A program made the translations under genes and the position numbers. Below the pieces are notes generated by a model. The model did not search any database. It saw only the letters and a list, made by a program, of their open reading frames with translations, and was not told the origin of the DNA. A DNA stretch of 64,000 nt from Octopus vulgaris (Eukaryota), in NCBI GenBank assembly GCA_951406725.2, contig OX597833.1:8556001-8620000 (forward strand). Direction: 5' to 3'. Positions 1 to 14,041 of this stretch are shown here, piece by piece; the stretch's first letter is position 1, and the number at the start of each line of letters is the position of its first letter.

Positions 1-2180
1 TTTGTGACCACAGCATGTGCCAGAAATAGCAACCGAATCCTTTCGAATGCACTTTTCTTCTCCAGAAAAAACCTGGTCTAAAAAAAACAAGAAAAGCCAC
101 AGTAATTTCTGGACGGTGTAGGGATAATATAGAGCACGTGTAAAAGAAGTCCAGTGTCTATTTGTGCATGTGTCTAACGTGGGACAAATCTGGGCTAATG
201 AGGGACAAATCTGGACTAAAAGGTAGAATAAGTGGCTGTTGTTAACCTATAAGGTAAAAAGAAATGTTGGAAAGGTGTCGGGGAAAAGCTGAAGAAAAAC
301 TGAGAAGGCCTCGACAGACAGGAAGCATCTTTGTTTAGAGTTGTCTCCCCTTGTCCTCAACCACAACAACGACACATGGCCAGGTGCTCGCAAGCATTTC
401 TCCGATTCTCTTTCACGTAAACAAGATTTTATTCAACTTCCTTTCCATTTTACGTAAAATATCTTACATTTACATATAATATAACTTCTTTTTATACCAA
501 ATATAATACTCATATGAAATGTTGTACGTTAATATGCAATATAATATAAATTATAATACATGAAGATATAATATAGTACACGTATTTACGATATAATATA
601 ATACAATATGTAACGAATTTCTCGGTCGTCTTCTTACTAATTGTCCATTTAACAGGTTCGACTATACAAGGTTTGTGCAGTTTAAACAATAATTTATATC
701 TCAAACCATACTGTAACTACTTTCACCAAACACGCTGTCAAACTTGTCTGCACCTGACACGACATCAAACTCTCTTTTATACAATTATGTTTATTTGTGT
801 GTATATATATATATATATATAATATGTATGTATATGTAGATATACACCCATTCTTACACTGCTAGAGTTTCTCCACTGATACTGCATCAACTTTCACTCC
901 CTATACACCCAAATAATTTTGTCTTTTACAACGAACTGTTTTGTGTGTGTATGTATACAGACACTCATATAATTAAGTTTATATAGGATTTTGCATCCGT
1001 CTGAAACTCTCCTGTGTATATCTACTGATGTTAATGTTCTGTTTAGAACTGTTGTCTGAAATAACTCGCACCCATCCACCGTACCCCACTCAGTCCTGTT
1101 AAGGCTTGGTCTCTCACCAGACACTAATTCTGCTGTTGTTGACCAGTCTTCATCTGCAAACTCAGTTTCCAATAACGGAACTTCTGTACAATCTCTTGGC
1201 CTTCAAGAAATAGCAGCCAAGTCTCCATCAAATTACACTCAATGGGAAGAACACGGCATAATGTTACTCATGGTTGACTCGATCCCAACAAAAAGATAGG
1301 ATGGTCAGAGGTCTGTTTGATTATAGCTGACTAGACATGGCACTAATTAATTAGACGTAACGCTAATTAGATATGATACTAGACATAACAACACTAATGT
1401 ATAGAGCAAATAAAGAACTAATTAAATCCACTCTTATTTCTTGTGAAGTTTCATTATTTACTCCAGAGACTTTCCTAACATGACATACACTTAGAAAACT
1501 GAGATAGCATGGGAACAACCATGGTCACTATAATATGGACATGAAACGTTTTGACTGGACCGTCCCATCTTTTATTTAGAATAACAAAACAAAATGTTGT
1601 TTGAGGGAGATTTGTCTGCTGTTTCTAGCATGTTCAGGGCCCCATAGTAACCCCTTAATTCTAAACGGGAAATATTTGTTCTCTGTGTGGAGAAAAACCC
1701 TGAAAGTCCAAAGTGGACAAACCAACTCCGCTCCTTCTTCATCCACCCCAACCAAAAATGTATGTTTTTGTGTATTTGAAGTTGTTGGAAACTGGCAGAA
1801 TCATTACCATGGCAACCAAACATGCTCAGCAGCATTTTGCCTGTCTCTGTGTTCTGAGTTCAAATTCTGCCGAGATTGACTTTGTCTTTCATCCTTTTGC
1901 AGTTGATAAATTAAGTACCTGTCAAGTTCCGGGGGAGGGGGTCAATGTGATCGACTCCCCCCCCCCCAAATTTCAGGCCTTCTGCCCATAGTAGAAAGGA
2001 TTATTATTATTATTTCATTTTCTAATTAACCATGAGGTTCAGTGTGAATTTTGATGATTTAACTGTGAATTTAATATGAATAATTTGTGATTAATGAACA
2101 TTTGCTAATTAACTGTAATGATTAATTAACAGTGACAAAGACAATTGAACAGAGAAGATGAAACAGTGACCGCATCAAGA

Positions 2181-2282
2181 ATGGAGCTTGGACTAAATTT
2201 TGATGATACTTTTTATGAAGACAACAAAAAGGAGTTGAAACCTTTGCCAACTTGTTACAATGCAAAATATTGTTCAATGCTT
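2181..2282 (+). CDS. C8orf76: C8orf76 homologue, coding exon 1 (MELGLNFDDTFYEDNKKELKPLPTCYNAKYCSML)
   Basis: ATG at 2181, GTAAGT donor at 2283, phase 0. Resembles the C8orf76 N-terminus as I recall it (F-D/E-D-x-x-F/Y-E...Y-x-AK-x-C). Confidence 0.85.
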
Positions 2283-2483
2283 GTAAGTATGCGATTCGTT
2301 TGTCCCTGGGTTGTCATCTTGTGTTGGTTCAGAACTCTGCTTCTCAGCGATCTGGTTTTGGGTTCAGTCCCACTGTTGCACCTTGGCCAAGTGTCTTTTA
2401 CTTTTCCCCTGGGTTCACCAAATCCTTGTGAGTGGATTTGCTTGACAGAAACTGAAGCTTTTGTGTGTGTGTGTGTGTCTATG

Positions 2484-2517
<34 letters not shown>

Positions 2518-5174
2518 TACACAAACACATATGGGAGGGTCGTCTTATCTTGACATCACATGATTGTTGTAAATGAGTGTCACCATCATACAAGCGGTGT
2601 CCCATGTTTCCAATTTTTTGTGAAGACATATCCAGCCATAGGGAAATCTTGCTTGGAAACAAGTGTGGGTTGCTGACAGGAAGGGCAACAAATTCCACGT
2701 AACCCCTGCAATCCTGGAAAAGTGAACCTCAATAGCAATATCTTGTTTTAAGGTCATCTTATGTTGTTGTTGGATTCTCCCGGTTCCCTCCACTGCTGTT
2801 ATTTGTGGTTGATCCCAGTTTTAAATGCTGCCATCTTCTGACTAGTTTTCTTGATTATCTCAGTTTTACTCTGGCCATAGTTCTCATCCTTCCGAGATGT
2901 TGATCTCTCTCTTCCTCCAGAACATTCTCTACTTTAAGTAGTACTTTGAGCTTACCGTAAATAAGACAATGTCCTAATAATGGTTGGGAAATCCATGTCC
3001 GTTAATGATTGCTGTCTGACAGGGTGGGTTCGTTCCTTCCTTGCCTTAAGTTGACCTCTATTATTTAGTTGTGGAATAAAGTCTGTAATGTCCAGATCTC
3101 TTACTGTTGCTGCTGAAGGTCATTTATTCTGCAATTCCAAAAAAACGATGAAGTTCTTCGTCCCACAAACTTCATCTCGGTTCCTTCTCAATCAGCTTCA
3201 GCCCATTTGGAATTCAAACATTCTTTATGAACATTTGAAAATATTCTTCCAGTATTTCTTGATATTGACCAACTGCTCACATTCTTACAAATGTTGTACC
3301 TCACAAAGTAATTAAATGACTGCAACAGGGGTGGATACGAGAAACAACCCAAGGGTCATTTACTTTGAGCCTTTCACTTTCACATCACTTGGTCAAATGT
3401 AATCATTATTTATTTCACACTATTTTGAATTAATCAGGCATTCTCTTGAGCTTTGATATTTTGATTGTTAATTTTTAGAATGACATTGTAGGGTTAGTGT
3501 GAGAGGTAGGACCTGGCTGGTTTGAACGTAAAACAGGTAGGATATTTGGGCCTCAGGTATGTCTGGTTTAAATGCAAAAGGGACTAAATACATAAATAAC
3601 ATTTTTGTGTGACACAAGCCCCCTGCTTGTTTACAATAACTGATTGAATTCCAGGGTCTCTGGATCAACTTCTTCAATCTTGAAATTTGCTGATTAAAGA
3701 ATGTAACTTTTTATCTAAACCAGTTCTTCTCAAACCATCTGATCTGCTGTACTGGCTGTTTTTTCCAATGTGCCAGAGACTGGTAATATTTCTTAGTAAT
3801 ATTAATTTATAACGGAAACACTATATATAATGAATATAATAATAATTGACAATTTTTTTAATCGTATATTTATTTTGTAAACATCATCATCATCATCGTT
3901 TAACATCCGCTTTCAATGCTGGCATGGGTTGGACTCCAATCTTGATCTGGCAGAGTTTCTACAGCTGGATGCCCTTCCTAACACCAACCACTCCGAGAGT
4001 GTAGTGACGTTCTTTTAAAGTGCTACCGGCACGAGGGCCAAGCATTTTGTGATGTTTCTTTCTCTTCTGGAAACTCACTGTGTACCGGCAGCTGACGGCT
4101 CGCAGACCAGCACCGGTCCGTGGACCACCACTTTGAGTAGCACTAGTCTAAACCATGTGGAAACATTTGATAACAGATTGCTGCCTTTTTTTCCTTTTTG
4201 TCTCTCAAGTGACTTGGTGATCTCATTAATGCTTGTGCACTAACGAAGGCAGTCAGTGTGTTCTGTAAAGTGATTGATGTTAGGAAGGGTCTCTGGCTGT
4301 AAAAACCCTACCAAAGCAGATGTAAGAGCCTGACACAATCATTGAGTTTGTTAAATATCGGAGACAGAGAGAATCCCAAAGTTTTTATTAAATTCATTTT
4401 CCCTAAAAGAATCCGAAAGTCCTGAAACAGTTTCCGAGTTGTCTCCTCTTAAGATGGTCGCCTAAACGTCTCGGCTTGGTTGAATGACGTCTTTGGTAGA
4501 GAGCGATGCACCGCAACGGGTGGGCTGTGCACACTGGGGTGCCACAGTGTAACCTGAATATAATTTTCCCCCCCAATACTTTTAGTTGTATTTTTCGTTC
4601 AGGTGTGCTGCTTAATTTTGAAGAGAATATAAGTGTACTGCAGGTGAAAAAAAAAGGCCCCTTACAGCAATAATTACAATGTCTCATTACATGTAGAAGC
4701 AAGCGTGGAAGCCACTGTCACCATCACCGCCGCAATCAGAAAACAAAAGCTTCAGCAATAACATGGCTCCACAAAAACCTTCAATCTATAATCTCCATTT
4801 CTTATGCAAATGTTTTCAAATGTGTCCAAATTATTTTTATCTGGGTCCTCTTTGGTTTACATCTATATCCTACCATTACTACTCACAACTGTTACTCATT
4901 AATCTTGTTTCGTTAGTCATCACTCGCATGTGCATGCCATCACAGCACACCTCCATAATGCTATCATGTGGCTACTTAGGTTCCAGAAACTATGATTTCA
5001 GCCCCACGGCTTATTAAAATCTCGACTGTTAATTAAATAATTAACAGGAAACTTTCTACCATCCAAAGAGTTTTGATTATAAGTTATTGCTTTTAGTTAT
5101 TTTGGTGTTGGTGAAACATTAAACATTTCTTGTGGAAGATTTATTTCTCTCTGTCTGTCGATGTCTTTGTCCAG

Positions 5175-5298
5175 TGGTTTGAAGATGCTGTTGCGAAAGA
5201 AGATGAAGAAAAACTGCAGCATCTCAAGTTTAGTGCTGATTTCCATTTCGGACAAGGAAATTATTTGGAGGCCATCGAGAAATATGAGAAAGCCATTG
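5175..5298 (+). CDS. C8orf76: C8orf76 homologue, exon 2 (WFEDAVAKEDEEKLQHLKFSADFHFGQGNYLEAIEKYEKAI), TPR-like helix
   Basis: tctttgtccag acceptor, GTAAGT donor at 5299, phase 0->1. Matches the WF...KF.gD..y....Y..A...Y pattern. Confidence 0.9.
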
Positions 5299-5661
5299 GT
5301 AAGTGATTGTTATTGATCAGTGATGTCCTAAATGTCAGCTCTATATAGGTAGTATACACACCTTACATATGTAGGGTGTATATAAGGGAATCTCTGATAT
5401 ACACACCTCACATATAATGTGTATATACTGGTGAGATCTCTAATATACACACCTCATATCATCATCATCATCAGTGTTTTATTACCTGATGATCTCCTGG
5501 GGCCAACCCTTCTAATCTCTGGCTACAACACACAGGGATACAATCTATCTGTTCTAAGACAGAGCTTACTCATACACACACACACACACACACATATATT
5601 TGAACCACATGTAAGCTAATTAAACTCTTGCTAATGCATCTTCATTGTGTGTGTGTATATA

Positions 5662-5891
5662 GGCAGCAAGCTGGCAGAATCGTTAGCACACCGGGCAAAA
5701 TTCCTAGCGGTATTTCTCTGTCTTTACGCTCTGAGTTCAAATTCTGCCAAGGTCATTTTTGCTTTTCATCCTTTTGGGCTTGATTAAATAAGTACCAGTT
5801 ATGCACTGGGGGTCAATGTAATTGACTTAATCCCTTTGTCTGTCCTTGTTTGTCCCCTCTATGTTTAGCCCCCTGTGGGCAATAAAGAAAT
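5662..5891 (+). mobile_element. SINE with a Nin-like core. Other copies at about 1830-2005, 15268-15450, 15483-15665, 17410-17635, 43248-43460 (+) and 27580-27770, 56250-56340 (-)
   Basis: ctggcagaatcgttagc...gagttcaaattc...tttgcctttcatcctt..gggtcgat.aaataagtacc repeated at each locus. The Nin-domain assignment is from memory. Confidence 0.75.
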
Positions 5892-5985
5892 ACATATATT
5901 ACACACACATACATCTCATATATTGTATATGATGATGATGATGATATATATATATATATATATACTAGTGAAGTTTTAATATTAG

Positions 5986-6860
5986 ACTAGCTTAAGGTAA
6001 CCCGCTCTACGCGGGGGTAAGAGTGTGGTTGTTACTTTCTGTTGCTTCCTTTCCATTTCTTATCACCACATTCTCCCTCATTGTTTCTCTCTCACTTTCC
6101 CACTCTCTTACTCTTCCTTTCTCTCAGACTCGCCCTCACTTTCTCTTACTCTCTATCTTTCTCTATCTATCTCTCTCCCATTTATAAACAACAAAAGATC
6201 TTGAGTAAGTTGAGAAAGAAAATATCAGGCAGTGACAACAAAAAGGTCTGCTTCAAGGCAGACAGCAAAACACTAACATTTAAAAGGGACAGACGAACTT
6301 GCGAGCTGAATAAAAATAAAAAAAAATATTGGAAACCAAAGTTTTGAAGGGATAGAATCTGAGAATAGTAGAGTCACCTTGGCTGGCATTTCTTAACGAC
6401 GGACAGCAACATAGTGGCAGTTTAACGGGTGCCGTAAAATTTTGAACTTGATGTAAAAGAAAATTCCTAAATAAACACCAAGTTTTGAAGTGATTCTTTC
6501 TCACGACAGTAGACTCACCATGGCCAGCATTCAAAACTTCTTCATCATGGACGGCAAGACATTGAAGATTTAAAGGCTGGTGCAAATTTTTTAGTTTGAT
6601 GTAACAGAGAATTCCTAAACACTCGCTCCTGTAAATTTTAATTCCCTTCCAGCCCCATTTAGACCCCTTTTCACATTTTGGTTAATATAACCCGATTTCA
6701 TTCGGGTCTACTTGGGCCACATTTTATTAGATGAGGAATTTTGTCTTAGAGGTCACACCTTTCATTTGAGGAAAAAAATAGTTACCATGCAAACTCGCCA
6801 GCACTCTTAACATAGGTGTGCATATTTTTCAGCTCAACTGACCACATAATGCACACATTA
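5986..6860 (+). mobile_element. Probable non-autonomous Helitron/Helentron-type element
   Basis: 5' ACTAG...AACCCGC-tctac-GCGGG hairpin, CT-rich tract, two diverged ~120-140 bp internal repeats (about 6365-6470 and 6505-6620), flanked by (TA)n. Confidence 0.45.
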
Positions 6861-6870
6861 TATATATATA

Positions 6871-6925
<55 letters not shown>

Positions 6926-7482
6926 ACGCATTATATATACAAATGTATACAAATTATATATATATAAATACAGATATATACACTTTGTATATACGCATTA
7001 TATATACATATTTATATATAGAACACACACATATATAAATTAGCCCAATAAATATCTGATTCATAATATTTTTTCTCATGATTGTGTGGTGGTGGTGGTG
7101 ATAATAATTCTCTCTATGAATGCAGACAGACGTAGAGAGAGAGAGAGAGGATGTGGGAGAAAGAGTGCACCTTACACCTCCTTTTCATGTTAGACACGGA
7201 TATTATGTATATGTGTCTGTGATAGAGATATTAAATGAATGTTCCATCAGTTTTAAATAACCAACTAATTCTGTGTTTAATAACAGAAACCAGGGAGGGT
7301 TTGGTGTTTCTGTTAGGAGGACAGTTTGTAAAATAGCCTTGGCGCTAACATCTTCCATTTTATCATCTTACTACTACGACAAAGACGACGACCACCACCA
7401 CTATCACCCTCACTACACCTCTTCCATCAGTGTCCTTATGCTCCTGTTCCATCATCTGTTAAATGTGTGTCTTCTATTGCAG

Positions 7483-7595
7483 GACTTCTCCCAGAACATA
7501 ATTCTTCAATGCTCCAAGACATGACAGAGTCTTTGGCCAGAGCTCACCTAATGACAGGAGACCACCATCAAGCCATCCACATTGCAAACAAATTG
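7483..7595 (+). CDS. C8orf76: C8orf76 homologue, exon 3 (GLLPEHNSSMLQDMTESLARAHLMTGDHHQAIHIANKL)
   Basis: cttctattgcag acceptor, GTCAGT donor, phase 1->0. Similar to the N..M..D..E..AR.....G.H..A..IA..L TPR-like segment. Confidence 0.9.
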
Positions 7596-10500
7596 GTCAG
7601 TCCATATTTCTTCACCAATCTTGAACTTTTCTTCCATAATCTAAGGAGTGGGAGGCAAAGAAAAAGGGTCAGCGCTGCTTTTCATCTTTGGTGTCTGGAG
7701 ATTTCTAACTCTGCCAGGTTACCTTTCTTATGTAGTTCTTCTCTTGTTGTTCACTCACAAAGAACAACACAGGGATACTGCAGACAGGTTTATTGTTTGT
7801 CTCTCAGACAAAGGCAAAAAGAGAAACGTCCCCCTACCAGCTCTGCTTGTATAGCTGTAAGCCATTAGAACATTCTAGAGACTTCTACAACTTTCCATTT
7901 CATTCTGTTGAACTGATTCGCATTCCAGCAATTGGACAGATTTAGATGCTAGCGATCTCCACAACATGTAGTCTATGATGATGATGGTTTGTGTGTGTGT
8001 AGTAGCATTTTGATTGCAGGTGTGGTGTTCAGACCCAGGTCACTCTCAATCAAGTAAATCCTATAATCCAAAGGTTTTTGTGAAAGTCCCCGTAATATGG
8101 AGTCCCACATGTCTTGTTGAGACAAAGTATTTTCTGGCCCCTAAAGACAAAGCCCCTTTCTCTCTGACAGGTAGGTTTGGCAATGTTATCAATGTCATTC
8201 ACATTGCCTCCCACCATTTCTCACCACAACCTCTATGTCCACTCCTTTTCCTCCACCAAAATGGTCTCCTCTGGAATCCCTCTTTTTTCCTTCTATCATC
8301 ATTGACTTAAAATCATTCATCAAGAACAATAACCATTCTTAAAAAGCCTTTGGATGCCATAGGTACACTCCCTTCTCTCAGACCATTCCAATAAAATGTA
8401 GAAGACTCCAAGAGTGAGGTAAAGCGCATTCATTTCTTGACTTACATCAGTCACATTTTGCTGTGTCTGTTAATTACTTTCTCTGCTTGTCTCAACCTCC
8501 TTAATTATCGACCAAATCACATTTGGAAACCCAAAATATGAGGGTAAAATATTTCAGTTGTAAAACCACAGGATTAATAATTTCCTTAAAAATTCCTGGA
8601 TTTACAAAACCATCCAACCCATTCATAAAATCATAACAGAAGAATCCTGGTTGTCACTAAAAAAGAATTGTTTCACTCAATGTCCTTGTATTACCCATGG
8701 CTGGTGTTATTCTATGGTATGGCCATCATTTGGCACCAAGGATGACTTGGTAATATATGCCAAGGTTTCACTAGTTGTGAATAGACATAGATGTGATCTC
8801 ATCCCTTCCACCCATGACCCAGTGGAATATCAAGTGTGTCACAACTGGAGAAGGGAAAAGGTTGCATCAGCACTGGGTTGGTACACATTTACGGCTGAGT
8901 AGACTGGAACAACATGATATGAAACACCTTGCTCAAGGACATAATGTACTACCTTATCCAGGAATTGAACCCATGATCTTATCATCCTGAATCCAGTGGC
9001 TTAATCACTAGTCCAGATTGATAAGAGATGGCTTCAGCTTGTATATCTGTCCAGAGCTCAGGAAATTTAGGAGGTAGGAGTATGTCCACTATCTGCTGGG
9101 CCCCTAAAACCTCATAGCTCCTTTGAATTTTAAACGGATTACCCTCTCACCCATCTCCCAGTCTTCTTTGCTGAATTCCTTTGGGAGGCTTTGTCATCCA
9201 ATTATTGTTGTCAATTATTTTGTGATTGTCTGAGACACAATAAGCCTCTGTTGTTCCATTCTTTTAGGAAGGTGAAAATATTGGCTGTTTAAGACATCAG
9301 CACCAGGAGAATCTTTGATTCTTTTTACCAAATCAAGGAATCTCACTTTTTGTCGTTGATTCATTTAAAGCCACAATGAATCGAGTCTTTTCTGCAATTT
9401 GTTGAAACTAAATTTTATTGTTTGATCACCAAAGATAAAGAGCATCTTCATCATTTAACACCCGTTTTTCATGCTGGCATGGGTTGGACGGTCTGACAGT
9501 GGCTGGCAAGGCTGGAGAGCTGCACCCCAAGTTTCACTGTCTGTTTTGGCAGGTTTTTTTATGGCTGGATGCCCTTCCTAACACCAACCACCTTATAGAA
9601 TTATTATTATTATTGATTCATTCACTTCTGATTTGTTTATGTCTCAACTCCTTCCTGCAGCTCACAGACATTACACTTTCCTCAATACATGTGCTGTTTC
9701 CAAAAATTGCTGCCAATTTTGTATTTCATGCCAGAATAATGCTTTCTTTGAGACAGTCCCAAATGCACCAATCACGATAGGATCCCACTCACTTTTGAGG
9801 CTCTATGGATGTATTTCACTTCCAATGATAGGTCTCAGTACTTCTGGACTTTCTCCATGTCTGTCTTCCCACTATTCTGGTCTGCAGGTATGCCTATGTT
9901 GATGAAGATCCATTCTTTGGATTCCTTCTGTAGGAGAGTGATATCTAGTTGGTTATGTTGCAACTTTTTATCTGTGTAGATTGGCACATCCTATGTGAGA
10001 TTCACCCAATCATTCTCTGTTACTGGCAAACGTTGGTGTTTATATCACTTGTTAGAACATTCTAGCCCATACTTTCTGCACAACTCACAGAGTATTTACA
10101 CTTCTACTTTGTAATGGAATGTTTGTACTCTATTGGGGGCTAGTTTTCAGTATATACTAATTATGTCTAGTAGATCATCATCATCATCATCATTATTATT
10201 GGTGGTGGTGGTGGTGGTGGTAGTAGTATATGTAACATTACGTATTGAAGAAAGTCAGCGAACTGGATGAAATACTGTGGCATGTTGTAGTTTGCTGCCC
10301 TCGAATAAGCCCTTAAATGAACAAAAGGACCATCGTTTATATCCCCCCTCTTCCATCATCATCATCGTCTTTTAACATCCTTCTTCCTTTCTGATATGTA
10401 TCCAACAGATCCAAAGACTGCATCAAGCGCCAAAGTCTAAAATGGTTTCTATGACTGGATCTCCTTCTTAATGCCAACCATTTTTAAAGAGTGTTTCGGG

Positions 10501-10995
10501 TTCTTTTTGTGTGGCACCAGCATTAGTGAGGTTGCCTTACAGCGTGCAAGACTAAGATCCCTTTTGTTTGAGTGGGGCCACATAGGGAGCGAAGTGGTTT
10601 AATGCCAGGAGATAAAGGGTTAAAGTATGAAAGAAGGGACCAGAAGAGGTTTCTTGTAGCAGAAAAGGAAATAAATGGATTGTTTGCATTCTACAAGAAT
10701 GGGTGGGATTTATTGGTGTGGAGGTGAAAAGAGAAATAACGATAATGAGGGGTCAGGGTGGAGCCTTGATGTAGAAGGTGAGTGGGGACAGGAGAATAGG
10801 GAGAAGGGAGAGGTAGATAGAAGGGGGGGGAATTAGAGATGGTGAATGAGTGGGGTTGGGGTGAAATATAATGAAGGAAGAACAAGAAGTAAAGAATGGC
10901 TGATGATAAATATGGATGAGAGGGAAAGTGAGAAAGTAAATGTTTATGGATTGAATTATTTTGTTCTGATTTGTTGTTTTCTTTTGTGGCTGTAG

Positions 10996-11080
10996 TATCA
11001 TCAAGCTGTGATCCCTTCACATCGTACACGACACCTCTACCTGCTGCACAACATTTACACTGCTGTTGGCGACTCTGAAG
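10996..11080 (+). CDS. C8orf76: C8orf76 homologue, exon 4 (YHQAVIPSHRTRHLYLLHNIYTAVGDSE)
   Basis: Pyrimidine tract plus tgtag acceptor, AAG|GTAAAC donor, phase 0->1 fits both neighbours. H....LYL...I motif. Confidence 0.8.
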
Positions 11081-11783
11081 GTAAACATTCATCAACAATT
11101 GGCATTTACTGACTTTGGAAATTGTTTCTTTTTTGGTCTTTTACATCCACTTTTGTTTTGTTTTGTTTTGTTTATATATATATGCTCAAACCCAAATGGA
11201 GGCTAACACCTTTTTCCATGTGATCGGCTTGAAAAATTGTTTAGACACTAGGATATTTTCCTACTTTTCTTAACACAAATCCATTGGTAGCCTTAATTCA
11301 CAAATAAAGAAATTATATATATATATATATAAAATATATTTAAAAATAATTATGTTCTCTAATTGGCAACATTAACTGCAGTAAATTATTAACTGCAGAA
11401 CTCTTTCCGGAATTTAGCACGCCAGAACTCAGACATTTGAAATTAACCCCAATGTAATCGGTAGAACTAAGCATGAGTCTGGTTTTATACAGAATACTGG
11501 TGTTTAGTTTTGCAAATTATATTGATTTTGAAACGATTGTACTGATGAATCTACAGATGAAGGATTACGTAAGTAATTTATTCGGTAATAGAAGAAACCA
11601 GTCTACGATTAATTCTTGATTTTATATAATTTTCATCTGTTTTGCCTGCTTATGTTCTGGTGTTCGCTGAATTTTCTCTGGAGAACATTCTTTCTTTGTA
11701 GTTAGATCGTATGTGATCTTCTTCTAGCATATGGCTATCCACATTGTGGTTTTTTAGCCCTAAATACACACACACATATATAT

Positions 11784-12098
11784 ATATGAAATATAAATTA
11801 GAGATAAAACCACTCTTATGCAACTCAAACAGTGACAGACATAAACCAAAACATGAATGACTAATAATATATATTTTTATAAAACATATAACTAGATCTC
11901 AAAAGTATAAAAATGAATAATCAATATATAATAAGTAAATATATATTTACTTATTATATATTGATTATTCATTTTTATACTTTTTGAGATCTAGTTATAT
12001 GTTTTATAAAAACATATATTATTAGTCATTCATGTTTTGGTTTATGTCTGTCACTGAGTTGCATAATAGTGGTTTTATCTCTAATTTATATTTCATAT
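11784..12098. repeat. ~315-bp near-perfect palindrome without spacer
   Basis: atatgaaatataaattagagataaaaccact...taagtaaatat|atatttactta...agtggttttatctctaatttatatttcatat, centred at 11942/11943, with few mismatches and indels. Confidence 0.92.
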
Positions 12099-12734
12099 TT
12101 TATACATTTATACTGTGAAATTTGATTTAATACTAAATTGAATTTTTCCCTGTAAGTTTGGAGTTATACTCCCTAATATTATTATTACACACACACATAC
12201 AATATACACACACACACACACATATATATATATACCCACACATATATATATATATGTAGGCATGGCTGTGTGGCTAGGAAGTTTGTTTCAGAACTGTTTG
12301 GTTACGGGTTCAGTCCCACGGTATGGACATTGTCAGCTGGTGTTCTCTACTATCGTCACCTGTTGACCAGTTGACCTTGTGAAAGAACCTGGGAGATGGA
12401 ATTGGGGAAAAAAAAGTTTGTTGTGTGTGTGTGATGATAAGGATGACAAATGTCATGGCAACAAGACCTTGCCCTCTTTATGATACAAATGAACAACCGG
12501 TGAACCAACAATGTGTGTCATCATGATTTATTGTCCATTTTCCATGCTGGCATGGGTGGATGGTTTGACAGCAGCAGTTAGCTTAGGGACCTCACTCTCT
12601 CCTTTCATATCATTTCTACAGCTCAATGCCCTTCCTAACATGCCAACCACCCAGCAGAGTGTGCTGGGTGCTTTTTATAATTATATAGGTTTCATTTCTC
12701 AATTGGAGTTACAAAATTGTACATGTAAAATAAA

Positions 12735-13658
12735 CATGTAGAACATCTATATGATGTACCCCGGTGTAAGCTATGGACACATAAGAGGTGCAGCAATATC
12801 AAAGGAAGGCTAACTGAAAAGGTTTTGTGTGCGGCAGATGCACAGGTGCAATAAACACTGAAAATGTACAGAAAACAGATTCTATCACATGCCAGGGGGG
12901 AAAATAGAAGTAGTTGATAGCTTCCATTACCTAGGTGTTGCTCTAAGAGTGTAACTGCTAGAGTAAGAACAGACTGGGCAAAGTTCAGAGAGCTTCTACC
13001 TTTGCTAGTAACAAAGGGCCTCTCACTCTGAATGAAAAGTAGACTGTATGATGCTACATGGCAGGGAAACATGGGCGTACATAGGCTTGAAAGAAATGAA
13101 GCTTGTATGATCCACTGGATGTGTAATGTCAGTGTGCATGGATGACAGAGTGTAAGCGTCCTGAGAGAAAAGATGGACCTAAGAAGCATCAGATGTGGTG
13201 TGCAAGACAGATGACTGTGCTGGTATGGTCATGTGCTATGTATGGATGAGGAGAGCTGTGTGAAGAAGTGTCACACTCTAACAGTAGAGGGAACCTGTGG
13301 AAGAGGTAGACCTAAGAAGACCTGGGATGAGGTGGTGAAGCATGTTCTTTGGATGTTGGGCTTCACAGAGACAGTGACCAGTGACCGAGACCTTTGGAGA
13401 CATGCTGTGCATGAGAAGACCCAGCAAGCCAAATGACATCATAGCCATAACCAATGCTGGTGCCGCCTGATTGGCTCCCTGGCTGGTGGCATATAAAAGT
13501 ACCCTCTACACTCGGAGTGGTTGGCACTAGGAAGGGCATCCAGCTTTAGAAACCTTGCAAAATCAGATTGGAGCATGGTGCAACCTCCTGGCTCGCCAGT
13601 CCTCAGTCGAACCATCCAACCCATGCCAGCATAAAGGATGATGATGATGAGGATGATT
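12735..13658 (+). mobile_element. RTE LINE 3' part (second family) with 3' UTR and (GAT)n tail
   Basis: WYGHVL, GRGRPKKTW coding remnant, then gagtggttggc..aggaagggcatccagc...aacccatgccagcat...gatgatgat. Confidence 0.85.
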
Positions 13659-13932
13659 GCTCTGGCAGGGTCTGCTTTGGGCAGGGTTTTACAGTTCTAT
13701 GATATTGATGACATCATAAGAATTTGATAAACTTTTGAGAAAACCCGAAATAATTCTGTTCTGGAATATTCCAAAACAGAAATATATAAATATATGACAT
13801 CATTTTCCTTGCCAAAGTTAATAAATATGTTCTCTACTAAAATGTATGATGTCAGTCTTCATTTGAAGCATCATCATCGTTTAACATCCACCTTCCAGGC
13901 TGGCAATTGTTTTATGTGACATCAAAGAAACA

Positions 13933-13968
<36 letters not shown>

Positions 13969-14041
13969 TTACACACACACACTCACACACAGTTTCCCCT
14001 TTGGCTCGTCTCTATTTCTTCCATTTGTCCATTGGTCACAG

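Noticed and set aside
11352-11742. Possible solo LTR (TG...CA ends)
   Set aside because: No target-site duplication and no second copy in the window.
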